Positions 43,170-56,999 of a DNA stretch of 64,000 nt are shown here, piece after piece. Position 1 is the first letter of the stretch. Every line of letters starts with the position of its first letter. A program made the position numbers and the translations under genes. The notes beneath the pieces were generated by a model. That model made no database searches. It was not told the origin of the DNA and saw only the letters and a program-made list of their open reading frames with translations. Source of the stretch: Eledone cirrhosa (lineage: Eukaryota); NCBI GenBank assembly GCA_964016885.1, contig OZ024745.1:124620001-124684000 (forward strand), written 5' to 3'.

Positions 43170-44580
43170 ATATTTGCTTTGCGATGTTTTTGATATGAAA
43201 TCGTGTGTCGAAACAAATATTGTTATACTTGGGGTGGCTCATAGTGTTGTAATAATATTGCCAGAATTAATAATAGAACACACTCACTGTTTGGTTGGTT
43301 TTCGCTTCTGTATCTTTTATATCAGTTAATTCATTCGGTCCTCAATGTTTAGCATTGACTGACCAACGGTCAAACATACAGATATAATATAGATATAAAC
43401 ACATATATATAGTCTAACAAAGTTCTTTCGTTGCACATCTGCAACATCGTCAGTGGTGCTATTATGTTCCTCCTGTTGTATTGTATATTTACGCCATCTT
43501 TATTTAATCTGTTTATTTATTTATTTATTTATTTATTTGTGTCTTCTCTGCGCATGCGTTTGCGTGTGTGTATAGTGTTTGGTGTGTGTTCGCTTTTGGG
43601 TGACTGTGTTTTGGTAATCGTATTCTATCCTAGTTTACTAGTGTGTGCTTATATGCGTTTGTTGTTAATGTGCTTGTGTATATATTTATTTATTTATTTA
43701 TTTATATTTCTCTGCAGTCAGTATTGTTTGTTTGGGTGTTGTTGTTATTCCATTCATTTTTTTCTGTTTAGCCTTGGCCTTCTAAGTTCTATTTCGCTGG
43801 CCTCTCTGATTTTCCTATCTGCTGGTTCATTTCTATGTTTAGATATTATTTTAATTTCTATGTTGTCTATGTTACTGTCATGTTGTTGTCTGGCGTGTTC
43901 CTATAGTACTGAACCGTTTTTTCGTCCTTTTAGTTCCCCCCGGTGTAGGTCTATCCTTTCACCTATGCTACGAGCTGTTTCACCTATGTATGTTGTTGTC
44001 ATGTTTCTGCAAGTACCCTCTGTACATCTTATGCTATAGACTACGTTTCTAGTTTTACAGATTATCCGGGGGTTTACTTTACATATAATACATTTCCTAT
44101 TAGTACAGTGGGTTTTCTTAAAAGGGTATGTTTTGCTGATTAGGGATTGTATGCTAGTTCCTGGCTTTTCTACCACCTTAATCTTTAAGTGGGTCTTTCT
44201 CAGGGCCTTTCTACGCTACTTAGCTAATTTCCCTCCAGGGGTACCGTCCACGAACATGACACTCTGGTATCTCTGGTTGTCTTACCATAAGGTGGATTTC
44301 CCTATCTTATGTTTAGTCTTATCTAAGCTATTCCATGATTTACTCCTGTATAATGGGCAAATTCCTTTCATGTCCAGTTCTAAGAGGGTCTTATACTTCT
44401 CCACTCACACTACGCTAACCCATGGCCTCCAAATACCCGATACTCAAAAACTCAGCAATGTTCTGTAGTGTTAAGTTTAATATTCTGGTCGCAGACTTTG
44501 TACGAGTGATGAAGAACGTGTCCCGCATGTGTGACCCAACAGAAATGGAAAGACAGATTCAACACTTCATCAACCGCATC
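43170..44580 (-). mobile_element. 5'-truncated Penelope-like element (same group as 26222) with inverted RT-thumb segment
   Basis: Minus strand has CIICK..CKTRNVVYSIRC..YIGETARSIGERI; 44390-44580 reads PMASKYPILKNSA..K..IL..R...NVS on the plus strand; HHR at 43418-43455. Confidence 0.88.
43418..43455 (-). ncRNA. Minimal hammerhead ribozyme
   Basis: CA-CTGACGA-T-GTTGCA(GATG)TGCAAC-GAAA-GAAC-TT-TG; stem II covaries with 27092 and 55467. Confidence 0.7.
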
Positions 44581-44877
44581 CATAAAAATGAAAAGAAAAT
44601 GGTATTTGATTATATTAGGAATATTCTAACAAAATTCTAATAATACAGAAAACATGATCTTGCTTTACTGCTTTACTTTAGCTCTAATCTATCAATAGCA
44701 TTCCTTTCATCATATCCTTTACTTAATATAGAAACAAGTCTAGAGTATTAAAACGATGAAAATCAAATATAAAATATTTTCGCTGAACTAACCGAGTAGT
44801 GTTAGGACAGTAGTAATCTAACTGAACTTATCAAGGGGTATAGTCCATATATGGGCATGTAATGAAAGCAGTCGTGT

Positions 44878-44991
<114 letters not shown>

Positions 44992-46694
44992 CATAACCAT
45001 GGTGTATTTAGGTACCATCTATGGTTGTCTATGCCATGTCTTGTCATTAAGACATGCCCCAGTTCACCACCCTAACTCCATTAGTGATTGGTGCCTTCTT
45101 TGTTGTCAAACATGAAAGATTTACAAAACAGAATAAAGAGTGAACAATATAAGTGCAGGAGTAACTTTAGATAGTTAGATGATAAATGAAAGGGTGTAGT
45201 TTTGCCGTTAATAGAGAGATAGTAAGATATAGTTTACGAAGAGTGAATAAGGGGTCCACGTAGAGGAGGAAGCTAATGTTTTGTAGAGGAGGGTTCATCT
45301 GGAAATATATAATGTGGTATCTGTGGTCAGTAAGTAGGATCCATTATATTTTTAGAATATTTCAGTTTTTTTAAATGAATTTGGATGTGTGGTAGCAGCG
45401 ATTGAAGAAATCTGCCCTAGTGTATAATGTTTCCCGAATATTTTGTTTTTCTGCTGAATACAACTAACACCCTTACAAGCCATTTGCATGGGGTGTGGAT
45501 CTTTCTAGAATCATCAATTAACGGGAGATATTTGTGCGATAAGGATCCTCAGTCGTTATTTAGTAATTGCTTTATAAATTGGCCTTCCGACATTCCCATG
45601 TCGATTCTACTAGGCTATAAGGAAAGTGCTTGCTATCTTTATTGAATTTGCCCTTCATTGCAGAATATCATACTACCCCCTAAGTGATTCCACGTTCAAC
45701 TAAACATCTCCTTCTACATTCTATTAGAATGTTTATGTTGTACCTTTTGCTTGTATATCTATTTTGTGTGTATGCATATCCTCGTGTATTTGAATGTACA
45801 TATGGACACTCTATATGCAGGCAAATATGTATGCTTTTTTACACATCCCTGTGATTGCGTATATATATGTTGATATAAACATGCATTTACATGCATTTAC
45901 ATTCATAGTTGTATGTGTTCATATAGGAAAGCCTTTATGTTTATATTCCTACATATGGATGGTTAGTTTCAGTTGTAGTATATTTTATGTAAACATATTT
46001 GCAAATAATATTATTTAACACTCAAGGCAATATACATATATTTCACTTTACTTTCTATATTCATTCAAATGGCATACTCTTTATACAACTTAATTATAAG
46101 AATTGCATCTGTTTTTGCGTAGGAGTTTAGAGGTGTCATTAGCGAACAATTATTTTATAGGCTCGCTTGCTCTTTGTTTTTTGCTTTTTTATACCACTTC
46201 TCACTTGTTACTTGAACTCCTCTCCTTGCTTCTTTTCTCGTGTTACTTTTCTTCAAATGTTTGGAGAAATACCATATGCATAGAACACAGTTCTTGACGC
46301 AGTGCTTGCACACAATGTATTATGCAACAACATTTGAATTAATTATATTTATCTTTCCAGTGAGTAGATGGAAACATTAGCACAATGAGTAATGTTCAGA
46401 TCTGGAAGTTACGTACAGGGTATTATAAATCGGATGGCATCTTTAGGTATCAGTCTTTAGCTGATATTGTTAGGTCATATGATTTATGCGACTATATAGT
46501 AATCCTCAATAACAAGCTCTGGTGTATACTTTAAAAACTCACGATTCACCGAAGAAGGAAACAACCTTTCCGGGGTGCCGCCATCTTATTCGCCAATTAT
46601 TCGTTCCCTTCAGGCGAAAGTCAAATTTCAAGAGATTATGATATTGGAATTGAGTTCCCTTTCCCTTGATCAGATTACGATTGCCTTTTCAGCT

Positions 46695-46805
46695 GGGACC
46701 CAGCATGGTCAAATGATTTAGAAATTCTACTCACAATCATGAGAGTCTAGGTTCGAGTCCACTCACTGGTAACTTGGACATATCGTTTAACTTAACGTCG
46801 GGTCA
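46695..46805 (+). mobile_element. Degenerate tRNA-derived SINE head
   Basis: TGGTCAAATGA...GGTTCGAGTCC A/B boxes without a cloverleaf. Confidence 0.4.
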
Positions 46806-48589
46806 TCTCTAGACTAGCGAGTAAAAAGGGGTAGAGAGAATATGTTTGAAAACCTGTTGGCTAGATTACACCCCATAACTCTAAAGATCAGCATAGTCGT
46901 AAATTGTGTCACACTGAATATCCCTGTAAATTATGTTATGGGTGCACGCGTCCATAGATGGTCTAGTCATGATACAGCATCTTAATGATTAAGTTCTTCA
47001 TTTTAACTAATAACTGCAAGACATCGAACACGAGTGGAGTCCATTTATTTATTCAGATAACACTTCTTTCTGATCACGGTAAAGTTAATCTTTTCACTAT
47101 TGAAATGAATTTTGGTAATTATATCAAGCAGCCCCGAAAATCATCGGAAGTATGATTTTATTTTGTATTCCGTGAGTTTTATTCACATTCTACCTTCTAT
47201 CTAATGGTTATATGTATGAATTCCGTTTTATATATATATATATGTAATTATATATGAGTGGATAAGGAGTCCTTGGTTTGATAAGAACAAAAAGAGTGGT
47301 ATGGTGTTAACAATTAAATAGAGGGCAGAATATGCATACAATTCACGTAAGTCACTAGAAGTTGAAAACTACTACCTTCATTTGCAGCCAGCATCTGATC
47401 TTTTAATTACAGGGAAGTGAACTCATGCTGACGACACCATCCCACGCCAAATTTCGTATTGTATACTAATATTACCTAGTATTTTGCACATTGTTGTTCC
47501 ACCCGGAACACTGCCAGAAGATCAGAAGCGTAGAAACGAATGCATCGGTCCGGGTATCTCAATTATCTTAACCACACAAAGTCGGCCTCCTCACTGATTA
47601 ACCTACGTGTGCACTCTATTCGTCAAGCTTCGTCTCTTAATTGTATATATATATATATATATATAAATGAGAAAACTCATCGCTAGGACAGCCGTTAAAA
47701 TAGCTAAGTTCTGTCAAAGAGAGTGAGTCTGGACAGAATGGTTTCAGCGGTCTACACACATATCGAACCGACACAGTTGATGACACCTTCGTAACTGTAA
47801 ATTAGTTTCGCCATTGTAATGCCACCCGCAAGCAATGTCATGGCAGAAATGAATGAAAATTATCCATAATTTATCGGCGGAACTTTTTTCGGGGAAGATT
47901 ATGCAAATGAGCAACACCAAAGTCTATTCATGAACATCGTTATCGTTACGCTACCAGTCTAATTCTTTTTAGATTACTAACGTGTACCTTCCATCAAATC
48001 TTTTCCAAACTAGTAGACGACTGTGAGAGTTTGGCGTCATTCAAGATGCTATTCTGTGCTCTCTGCACCGAGTGTGTTGTCAGCAGATATGTCACCTGGC
48101 GAGGGGAGCACGGCCTTGTCTGTCGACGTAACACATACTTTATCTAGGTATGATCTGGATGAACAGAGGTTGATGCCCTAAGTATACAAAGGTACAATCG
48201 AGAAATCATCTGTTCATATTCACATTCCTCTTTAAACATTTGACCACGGCCTAGCTACAGAGGACATCGGTGTCTTGAATACTTTTAACTATCTCCACTA
48301 GCTAGGATCTGCTCAATGGTGCCTCTTCTAGGTTGCTTGTGTTTCAGGAAATGAGGCATAAAGGTCTTATTCACTGGTGCTGCAATGATACTCATGATAA
48401 GCTAGTAAAGGTGACTCAATAAGCTGATAGGACGATAGTTCCACAATCAAGTCTGCTACCTTTTTTGTAGAGAGCAAATATCAATGCTTTCTTAAACATG
48501 TCTGCGCTTTTTCCTTTAGTGATAATAGAGTTAAAGAGATGTTGAAGTGCTTTGATAATTGGTTCACCTCCAGTTTTCATGAATTCAGA

Positions 48590-49020
48590 GTTACATGTTG
48601 TGTTATATGGTTTTGACTGTGTTAATTGGACGACAAGGTCACTTCAGGAGTTCTCTACATTCCAGAACCACATCATGAGACTTACGACTGGCAAGCGGCT
48701 CAGCTACCGTATATGTATCAGTGAGCTGCTCAACATTACCAAACTTAGACCAATTACATCAATTGTCAAGTCAAGAGTACTCAAACTATACGGCCATATA
48801 AAAAGATCAACTCATGGTGTGAGTAGGTTATGTCTGGAATGAAGGTTGGCTGGTAAGAGAAGGAGAGGCTGGCAACCAAAACGATGGCTTGGCAATTGCA
48901 ACTTATGGACTGGACTTGATCTTTATTCTTTGAACTCTGCTGCTGTGATTGAACTTTGTGGAGAGATATACCGCATGTTGATGCACAGTCTGCAACTAGC
49001 GGAGTTTAGCATCACAAGAA
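48590..49020 (+). mobile_element. RTE LINE ORF C-terminal fragment
   Basis: VLYG..W...RVLKLYGHIKR...GKRRRG.QPKRW with a stop codon. Confidence 0.8.
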
Positions 49021-49596
49021 GAATCTCCACTAAAGAAAAACTATCGAAGAAGGATAAGTACATGTTTAATTTTCATTCTTGTCGATATTGCCTGCAAATG
49101 GCACATGATTATTGTTGATACGTTCTACTATAATTTTAATTTCAATATTCGTCTGTTTGCTGTTGAATTTGCGCTAGAATCATATTTGAAAATCTCCCCG
49201 AGTAACTGATTTCCAGTCAATGTATATTCTGAGACAGTAAACATTTCCCTTTAAACATTTGTGGTATTACTACTTAAATTAAGTGTATAAATGTTTGTTA
49301 AACAGCTATGACAACTTCAAAGACATGTTTATTCTCTAGTAAATTAATAATAAAACATATGTTGCTTTTGACTATCTTAAATGTTATGAAAACTGAACTA
49401 GATTTAGAAACATCAAAGTGTGACATAAGTAAAATGACAAAATATCATTCACTCCTCTTTCGCATCTTGTCACCAAATTACTCCACTCTCAGTAAACAGT
49501 CCTATGATTAAAAGCAATCAAGTCATATTCATTCAGACTTTTTGATGGTGTCTAGAGCTATTTCATAGGAACGTGACTGTTGCTATTTCTAATAAT

Positions 49597-49698
49597 TGTT
49601 TCTACTTTTGGCACAAGGCCATCAGTATCTCAGTATGTTACTGGTACTTTATTTTATCGAGCCAGTAAGGATGAAAGGCAAAGTTAACCTCCGGCGGA
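49597..49698 (-). mobile_element. SINE family 1, 5'-truncated, 13-bp TSD
   Basis: TATTTCTAATAAT at 49584-49596 and 49699-49711. Confidence 0.88.
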
Positions 49699-50691
49699 TA
49701 TTTCTAATAATGAGATTGTTTATTTAGTAGGAAAACTGCCATTATCTTGGAATTGGAACACTAGACAGTTTTGGTGATAGAAACCTTTGCAAAAAATATA
49801 GATAATTATGAAGAGACTTTTAGGTTAAACGACACTTTAGTTTTATTACTAATTGTTACCTAAACTATCGGCTGTTCCGTTCCTATGATACTATTCATAT
49901 GTGATGCTCCAGATTGAGAAAGATATGCCCCAATCTATGAATATTTTATATATGCTCCACAACCATGATGGACAAGAATTAATGTCTCATAGGTAGATGA
50001 AATTAATAGGAAATTAGATGAATGTTTGAAATAGCCGGAATGCAGAATGAGTTGGAAATGATATTGTTAAATGTAGGTTTTCTGCTTAATATATACGCAC
50101 TACTTTTAATTTACATGGATATGCTCTAAATCACTCAGTCAACATCGCAAAAATTCTGAGAGATTAGCTAAATTACAGAAGATATGAAGTATTTGAGGAG
50201 AAATGTTGAAATATATTTGGTTATAAAAGTGTTGAAAATGTAATTAACCTTTATGTACATTATACTCCGATTAGATAAATATATAAATTATAATAAAATT
50301 GATATGGTTTGTTGGGGGATGAATACGTCTATAATAGATCTATGAGAAGGTAATTGAATGATAAAACAATTACACCGGGGAAGAAACATTTAGGCATTTA
50401 ATCATGCACAATCTTTACATGTATCATATTTATTTAATAATGAATGTAAAAGGAATTCAACAGATTTCGTATGTTTTAAATCGTTAAAACAACTTACCAG
50501 CGACGTAATTACTTTATTTTCTATACACAGACACATGCCAGACACTTACAACCAAAGCTTACAACAGCAAAACAGTGAGTCTTCTCACGCTTCGACAATC
50601 ATTAATGGCGGAAACATATTCTACATAAATCGCTACATGATTGAAGTTGGGTAAAATGGATATCGATGAAAGTTCGATAGCTAGGAAAGAA

Positions 50692-50805
50692 ATGATGATG
50701 AAAGGATGATGATGATGAGGATGCTACTGCTTCTGATGCTGATGATGATGATGATAATGATGATGATGATGATGATGATGATGATGCCGATGATGATGAC
50801 GATGA
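50692..50805. repeat. (GAT)n microsatellite
   Basis: Seen directly. Confidence 0.9.
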
Positions 50806-51146
50806 GGAGGGCGATTATATATAAGAAGAATATATTTATGAGAGAATATATAATGCACCTCTCTGTATAATGATAGTTTATATATATGTTATTTCAGAAG
50901 ATATAAACCAGTAAAAAATACATTTCGTTACATTTAATCATCTCGACGAGAGCCTAGTAAAAGGGGTGAAAAAGGAAATTAGGAAGCAAAACGGATCAAA
51001 CCTAGATAGTCGTATGATATATTTCCTTCCATCAATATTTATTAAATATGTAGAGTTGACAGTATGAACATGACACAGATGGAAAAACTGATTTGAAATA
51101 TTATCGAGAAAGGCTATATCATATATATATATATATATATATATAT

Positions 51147-51335
51147 ACGTTATTCCGGGTTGAATCGGAGGTAACCACAGTAAGTAAGGTACTCAATACA
51201 TAGCAGAGTATAACAGTTTTAATATAGATGAGATTCTACAGGACTAGAACTGTTTCATTCATTTGAGATCATCAGGAATCTCAAATGATGATTTCAAATG
51301 AATGAAACAGTTCTAGTCCTGTAGAATCTCATCTA
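51147..51335. mobile_element. Fold-back PLE-type terminus with HHR-like motif (family of 32907)
   Basis: Minus copy 51147-51280 joined to plus copy 51285-51335 within (TA)n. Confidence 0.75.
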
Positions 51336-51343
51336 TATATATA

Positions 51344-51430
<87 letters not shown>

Positions 51431-51636
51431 GTAGTTTCCATTTGTTTAATATCGTAAAATACTCCAAAACTTGTTGAGTGCTTTTATATCAGTTATAAAA
51501 TATTTACTCGTTGTAACACAACAATTTTAAATAAAACTTTTGCATATGTATATATATATATATATGTGTATATGTATATATGTATATATGTGTATATATA
51601 TATATATTTATATATATACATATATATATATTTATG

Positions 51637-51692
<56 letters not shown>

Positions 51693-51717
51693 TACATATA
51701 TATATATACATATATAC

Positions 51718-51748
<31 letters not shown>

Positions 51749-51753
51749 CACAC

Positions 51754-51813
<60 letters not shown>

Positions 51814-52260
51814 AACCCGTTTTAAATATTAAAGGATCATTAATAATTTTTTACTACAAGGAAATTATTTTGTTTCCTCTCTGCTTCTTTGGAGTCTTCA
51901 CATAATTAGCTATTCAAATGTTTTGGAAATTGATGTTTTTCTATTATAAAATAGAAACTCAACGAAAGCAAAATAAACTAACAATAGAAACTCTCTTAGT
52001 TTGTCACTAAACAATTTTTTATGAGAGTCTTATATTCATTACTAATGATTTATTTTGTTGTATCACAAGGACGCCATGTTTGTTGGGAAGTGGGAGGCAG
52101 AATTATATGAGTCGACTCAGGTGTCATGCTTGTGCTTCTTTTACTGGTTATATCTTGTTTGGTATAAAAACTAAACTTGGTAAAGAAACTAAATTGTAAC
52201 TACTTCTCCTCAGTTCTCAGTCATTTATACTAAATTACCGACTTCGATATTCGTTTAGAT

Positions 52261-52806
52261 CGGTGTTTCCCAACGTAGGCTCTAGCGCCCCCTTGTGGGT
52301 ACTGTTTGTATTTAAAGGGGGCGCTGGGAGTTTTTATTTCATTGTGGGGGGGGGGGGGGTATACTCAGGTGGGCGCTGGGCATTTATCCATTTTCTTCTT
52401 ACAATTTTCAAAATTTTGAAAAATATTTTTTCCACTTTGGTGATGCCAAGCGAATTACTGGTACCAGTTATAATTGGTGTTGCTAAAGTGAAAACTCCAA
52501 AACAAAAACAAAAAGACAAATGAATGGTGACAGACGAATAAAAAAAATAAAAAAACAATGAATAAAAGCAAATAGCTGAATGTGTGTATTTGTGTGCAAA
52601 TATATAGAAAATAGTGGTCAACATTTTGAATGAAACTGGCTTTTGTGAGTGGCTGATATGTATGTGATTGTATGTATGGGTATGTTTGTATGTATCTGAT
52701 TACGTATATGTGAGTGTGTTGCCGTTTTGAATTCCTTTCTGCGATTAAACTTAAATTGACCCCTGACAACTAAAGGCCCAACCACACACGCACACGCATG
52801 CACACA

Positions 52807-52850
<44 letters not shown>

Positions 52851-52991
52851 GGCATTTGTTTTAGGTTTTTCTACCCATTTGATGTAAGATGAATTAAGTA
52901 TCTTATTTGAAATTTAATTAGACAGGGGGGAGTTTACAAAAAGGTTTGCACCCAAATATGGCGCTGGCTGAACAAAGGTTGGGAAACCCTG
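52261..52991. mobile_element. hAT-type MITE
   Basis: TIRs CGGTGTTTCCCAAC / GTTGGGAAACCCTG; 8-bp TSD GTTTAGAT at 52253-52260 and 52992-52999. Confidence 0.88.
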
Positions 52992-54294
52992 GTTTAGATT
53001 GATTATACGCAGTGTTAGAATGTTAGACATTGCTGATCAAAGTTGGAAAACATTTGATCATTGATAGCAGTATGAGCCGCTCAAAATATGAATTTGAATA
53101 AAACCAAGAACGATGATTTTGAACCGTTTATTCCGGTGAACTGCTATTTCTATCCCATATACTACTTATTTGGTCTCAACATTAGTATCAGTCTTTGGAT
53201 TCAATTGAATAACACTCCATTATGTGTTTGGTTGTGCGTTTGTTTGATTGTTTACTTGTGTGTGTGTGTTTCAAGTGATTGATTCACAACACCGCAACAC
53301 ACGACAACTTACAGTATACGAAATTGCAGATCGTTCTTACCTGAAGGAAAGAATACACCAGGAAACATCGTAAAAGACACAAATGCTTTTTGTATTGAAT
53401 AGTGAATGATTCTAGCACTAGAATATCAATAAACGTGCACACAAACAAACACATTTATATATGTATATATGTGTGCCTGTTTGTGATTATGTATGTGCTT
53501 GATACTTAATATGTGACAGAACAGATGCCGACTTTATAGTGTTGAGCAACTGATCGAGAGGTAAGTTGTGTGTATATATCATGCAACTGGTGCAGAATAA
53601 AGATGAATGTGGATTTGTTACTATGTTTAGCTCGTCGAGCGATTCTGAAATAGTTACATTAAATGATTGGTTCTGGTTAGACAGAACATTTTTTAACACC
53701 AATTTTAAGATGATTTACATAGAGTATCATGATAATTGTCCATTTAGTTACCAGTATAAATGGATTTATGAAATTCATATTGGCCTGAATTGTCCAATAT
53801 GTTGTTTTGTAAATTTTAAAGAAGAGATTGCATAACAATTCTGAAATACTATAATTTTTCCATACGGTGATGCGTATGTGCGTGTGTTTATGTGTATATG
53901 CACACATTTATATGTATGAGTATATAAATATAAACGTGCAAATACAGACACACGGAAATACACATATACATTCACACAAACACACGCGCATACATTTACA
54001 CAAACGGGACACATACGCATACACTCACACAGCATAGGCTTTTCAGCATCCCCTTCCTTCCTTTTACGCACACATACATTCACAGGCAGCAGACTTAATG
54101 AAAGAGGAGTAGTGAGAGGTCGACTAACTCTTCCTCTCTCTTTACGTGTTGTGACAGAAGCGCAGAAATTTATATATAGATGAAAGGGAGACAAACCTTT
54201 AGCGAAATAAGTTTGGAATATTTATATAAAAAAATGGAGTTAAATGTAATGAAATAACTCAAAAACATTTATTATGTTTTAAGCATCTATATAA

Positions 54295-54479
54295 GGGTGG
54301 TGGATTTGCAGTATCGGTAGAGAGTCGGAAACCATGCTTTGCAAAAAGTTACGGCTCTTTATGGTCTGAGTTCAAATCCCGCCGAGATTAACTTTGCCTT
54401 TCATGATTACGAAGTCGATAAAATAAAGTACCAGTAATGTACTGGGATAATTGCTCGCCTTGTGCCAAAAATAGAAACA
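54295..54479 (+). mobile_element. SINE family 1, full length, about 24-bp TSD
   Basis: ATTATGTTTTAAGCATCTATATAA at 54271-54294 and 54480-54503. Confidence 0.92.
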
Positions 54480-54854
54480 ATTATGTTTTAAGCATCTATA
54501 TAAAAGATGAAAATATTGAAATGTAGCGTGAAAGTACTTTCATTGTTTTCTTGGCTATACAAGAAGTATCTTCTTTTTTTTACTTGAAATTATAATTGCT
54601 ATAACAATGTTGTCACGACAGCAAAAGTCATTGCAAGGTATACTGTTGGGTGAAAGTGAATAAGTGTATCTAAGTGAATAAGTGTATGAACAGGAAAATG
54701 AAGAAGAATTTATTGCTGTGAATAGAAATAATAGAGTGGGATGAGAGCTTTGAGCAAAGACAAGGTTCAAAATACAAATGAGAACCCTATTTTTATGTAT
54801 ATATAAGTATATATATGTATATATAAAAATTGGAGGTTTATAGGTTTCAATATC

Positions 54855-55095
54855 AGTTCAAGCGATGAATTTGTTTTACAAGGTTTTTCCTATGAAATCG
54901 TGTGTTGAAACAAATATTGTTATGTTTGGGGTGCGTCAAATTGTTATAATATTGCCAGAAATAATAATAAAACACAGTCACTGTTTTGTCTGGTTAGTTT
55001 TCGCTTCTGTATCTTTTCTATCTCCATAGTTAATTTATCTGGCAATCGATGTTTATCATTGGTTGACCAACGGTTAAAAATACAGATATAAACAT
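54855..55095 (-). mobile_element. 3' terminus of the PLE family at 43170
   Basis: Matches 43175-43400 and 33070-33225. Confidence 0.7.
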
Positions 55096-55106
55096 ATATA
55101 TATATG

Positions 55107-55190
<84 letters not shown>

Positions 55191-55194
<4 letters not shown>

Positions 55195-55383
55195 AACAAG
55201 TAAGACCCCGACGGCTGAGCTCAAGCCGTTTCGACGGGCTAATTCTGTACAGAATTAGCCGTCGAAACGGCTTGAGCTCAGCCGTCGGGGTCTTACTTGT
55301 TCCTATTACCCACTCTACTACCCTAAGTATTGAGTACTTTGGTGCGTTATGGTCCACCTGGTTCCTTACCACATTTCCTTCGT

Positions 55384-55385
<2 letters not shown>
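55191..55385. mobile_element. Family D fold-back (centre about 55248)
   Basis: ..GCTAATTCTG|TA|CAGAATTAGCC..; (TA)n flanks. Confidence 0.85.
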
Positions 55386-55438
<53 letters not shown>

Positions 55439-55466
55439 TGTATATATATATACTGTATATATACTA

Positions 55467-55505
55467 TCAAAGTTCTTTCGTCACACATCTGTGACATCAT
55501 CAGTG
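55467..55505 (-). ncRNA. Minimal hammerhead ribozyme
   Basis: CA-CTGATGA-T-GTCACA(GATG)TGTGAC-GAAA-GAAC-TT-TG. Confidence 0.7.
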
Positions 55506-56177
55506 GTACTATTGTTTCCTCCCGTTGTATTTTATTTCTACGCCATAACATGGCATATATATTACAATATATTTATTTTCCTAAAGGTTCTTACAGAGAC
55601 TTATTTCTATACCGGTGAAAGTTTGTCAACGTTAAACTTGAGGAGCAGTATAAGGCTCCGTCCAGTAGACAGAACTACACTATATATCAAATATAATATC
55701 TCGCTTACATATAAAAAACAACGTAAATATATATACAAATATATATATATACATATATACATACATACATACACGCACACACACACATATATATTTATAT
55801 ATATATACATATATGTATATATGTATATATATATATATACATATATGTATATACGTATATATACAAGTGTGTATATGTGTGTGTATGCATGTATGTGTAT
55901 GTATGTGTGTGTTATTAGAGAAATGACTTTTACAAGAAAGTGTGATGATTTCCTACGAATGAAACAGTTCTACTCCCGTGAAATCATTTCTATAATAAAA
56001 TATACTTATGCGTATTGAGTACCTTTTTTTAACAGTGGTTACCTCCCACAATACATCGGGTTTCCACCTACACACACAGACACACACACACACATGTATA
56101 TACACACACATACATAGACACACACACATATACACATACACACACACACATATATATATATGTCTGTGTCTGTTTGT

Positions 56178-56393
56178 AAATGCGCGTGGCTGAGTCGTTA
56201 GAGAATTAGATTCGCAATCTTGAGGTTTTGCGTTCGATTTCTGGACAGGGCGATGCGTTATGTCCTTGAGCAATACACTTTATTTCACGTTTCTCCTTAT
56301 ACCTGTATTTGTGACCAATAGATAGTATTAGCAATTGGAAAGACCAATGGACACATTGGTTTTAGGTCCGATTTGACGAAAGTCGATCGGCTG

Positions 56394-56395
<2 letters not shown>
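56178..56395 (+). mobile_element. SINE family 2
   Basis: tRNA-like head; matches the reverse complement of 24630-24850. Confidence 0.8.
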
Positions 56396-56430
<35 letters not shown>

Positions 56431-56513
56431 AGATCAAAAGATGGTTAAAAGAGTTCCAAGTTTATGCGCATTTCAAAAACAAATATCATCATCCCTATTT
56501 TATCATGTATCCT

Positions 56514-56584
56514 TATTTTATCTGATGAAAATGCAGATATCATCCCATGATGATATTTGTTTTTGAAATGCGCATAATAAAATA
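56514..56584 (+). ncRNA. Type I hammerhead ribozyme in a 5'-inverted PLE-type terminus (56424-56710)
   Basis: TATTTTAT-CTGATGA-..GCAGATATCATC(CCAT)GATGATATTTGT..-GAAA-TGCGCA-TA-ATAAAATA. Confidence 0.88.
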
Positions 56585-56730
56585 CTTGCAACTCTGTTAA
56601 CCATCTTTTGATCTTATATTATTTATACTCCAGTCCTACAAATTGTAGAGTGCTACTTATCCGATATTTGCATTGCTTTATTGTGCTACAATAAAACTCA
56701 CCTCCTATATTATATATATATATATATAAA

Positions 56731-56929
56731 TAGGAACCAGTAAGACCCCGACAGCTGAGCTCAAGCCGTTTCGACGGCTAATTCTGGACTGAGTCCAGAA
56801 TTAGCCATCGAAACGGCTTGAGCTCAGCTGTCGGGGTCTTACTGGTTCCTATTACCCACTCTACTACCTCAAGTATTGAGTACTTTGGTGCGTTATGGTC
56901 CACCTGGTTCCTTACCACATTTCCTTCGT

Positions 56930-56931
<2 letters not shown>
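56731..56931. mobile_element. Family D fold-back (centre 56791)
   Basis: About 60-bp near-perfect palindrome arms ..TTCTGGACT|G|AGTCCAGAA.. Confidence 0.88.
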
Positions 56932-56984
<53 letters not shown>

Positions 56985-56999
56985 CATACACACACATAT

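Noticed and set aside
45250-45660. Possible highly degraded minus-strand PLE RT fragment
   Set aside because: Only vague motif resemblance by eye; needs a profile search
46575-46592. YY1-like GCCGCCATCTT motif
   Set aside because: Single short motif with no associated gene or other promoter evidence
46695-46770. Possible tRNA gene
   Set aside because: A/B boxes are present but there is no cloverleaf; better explained as a SINE head
50692-50812. Poly-Asp coding stretch
   Set aside because: (GAT)n microsatellite without a surrounding ORF
53330-53420. Possible minus-strand exon ending at CAG|GTAAGA (similar donors at about 50495 and 29835)
   Set aside because: No recognisable protein and no consistent exon chain; needs transcript data
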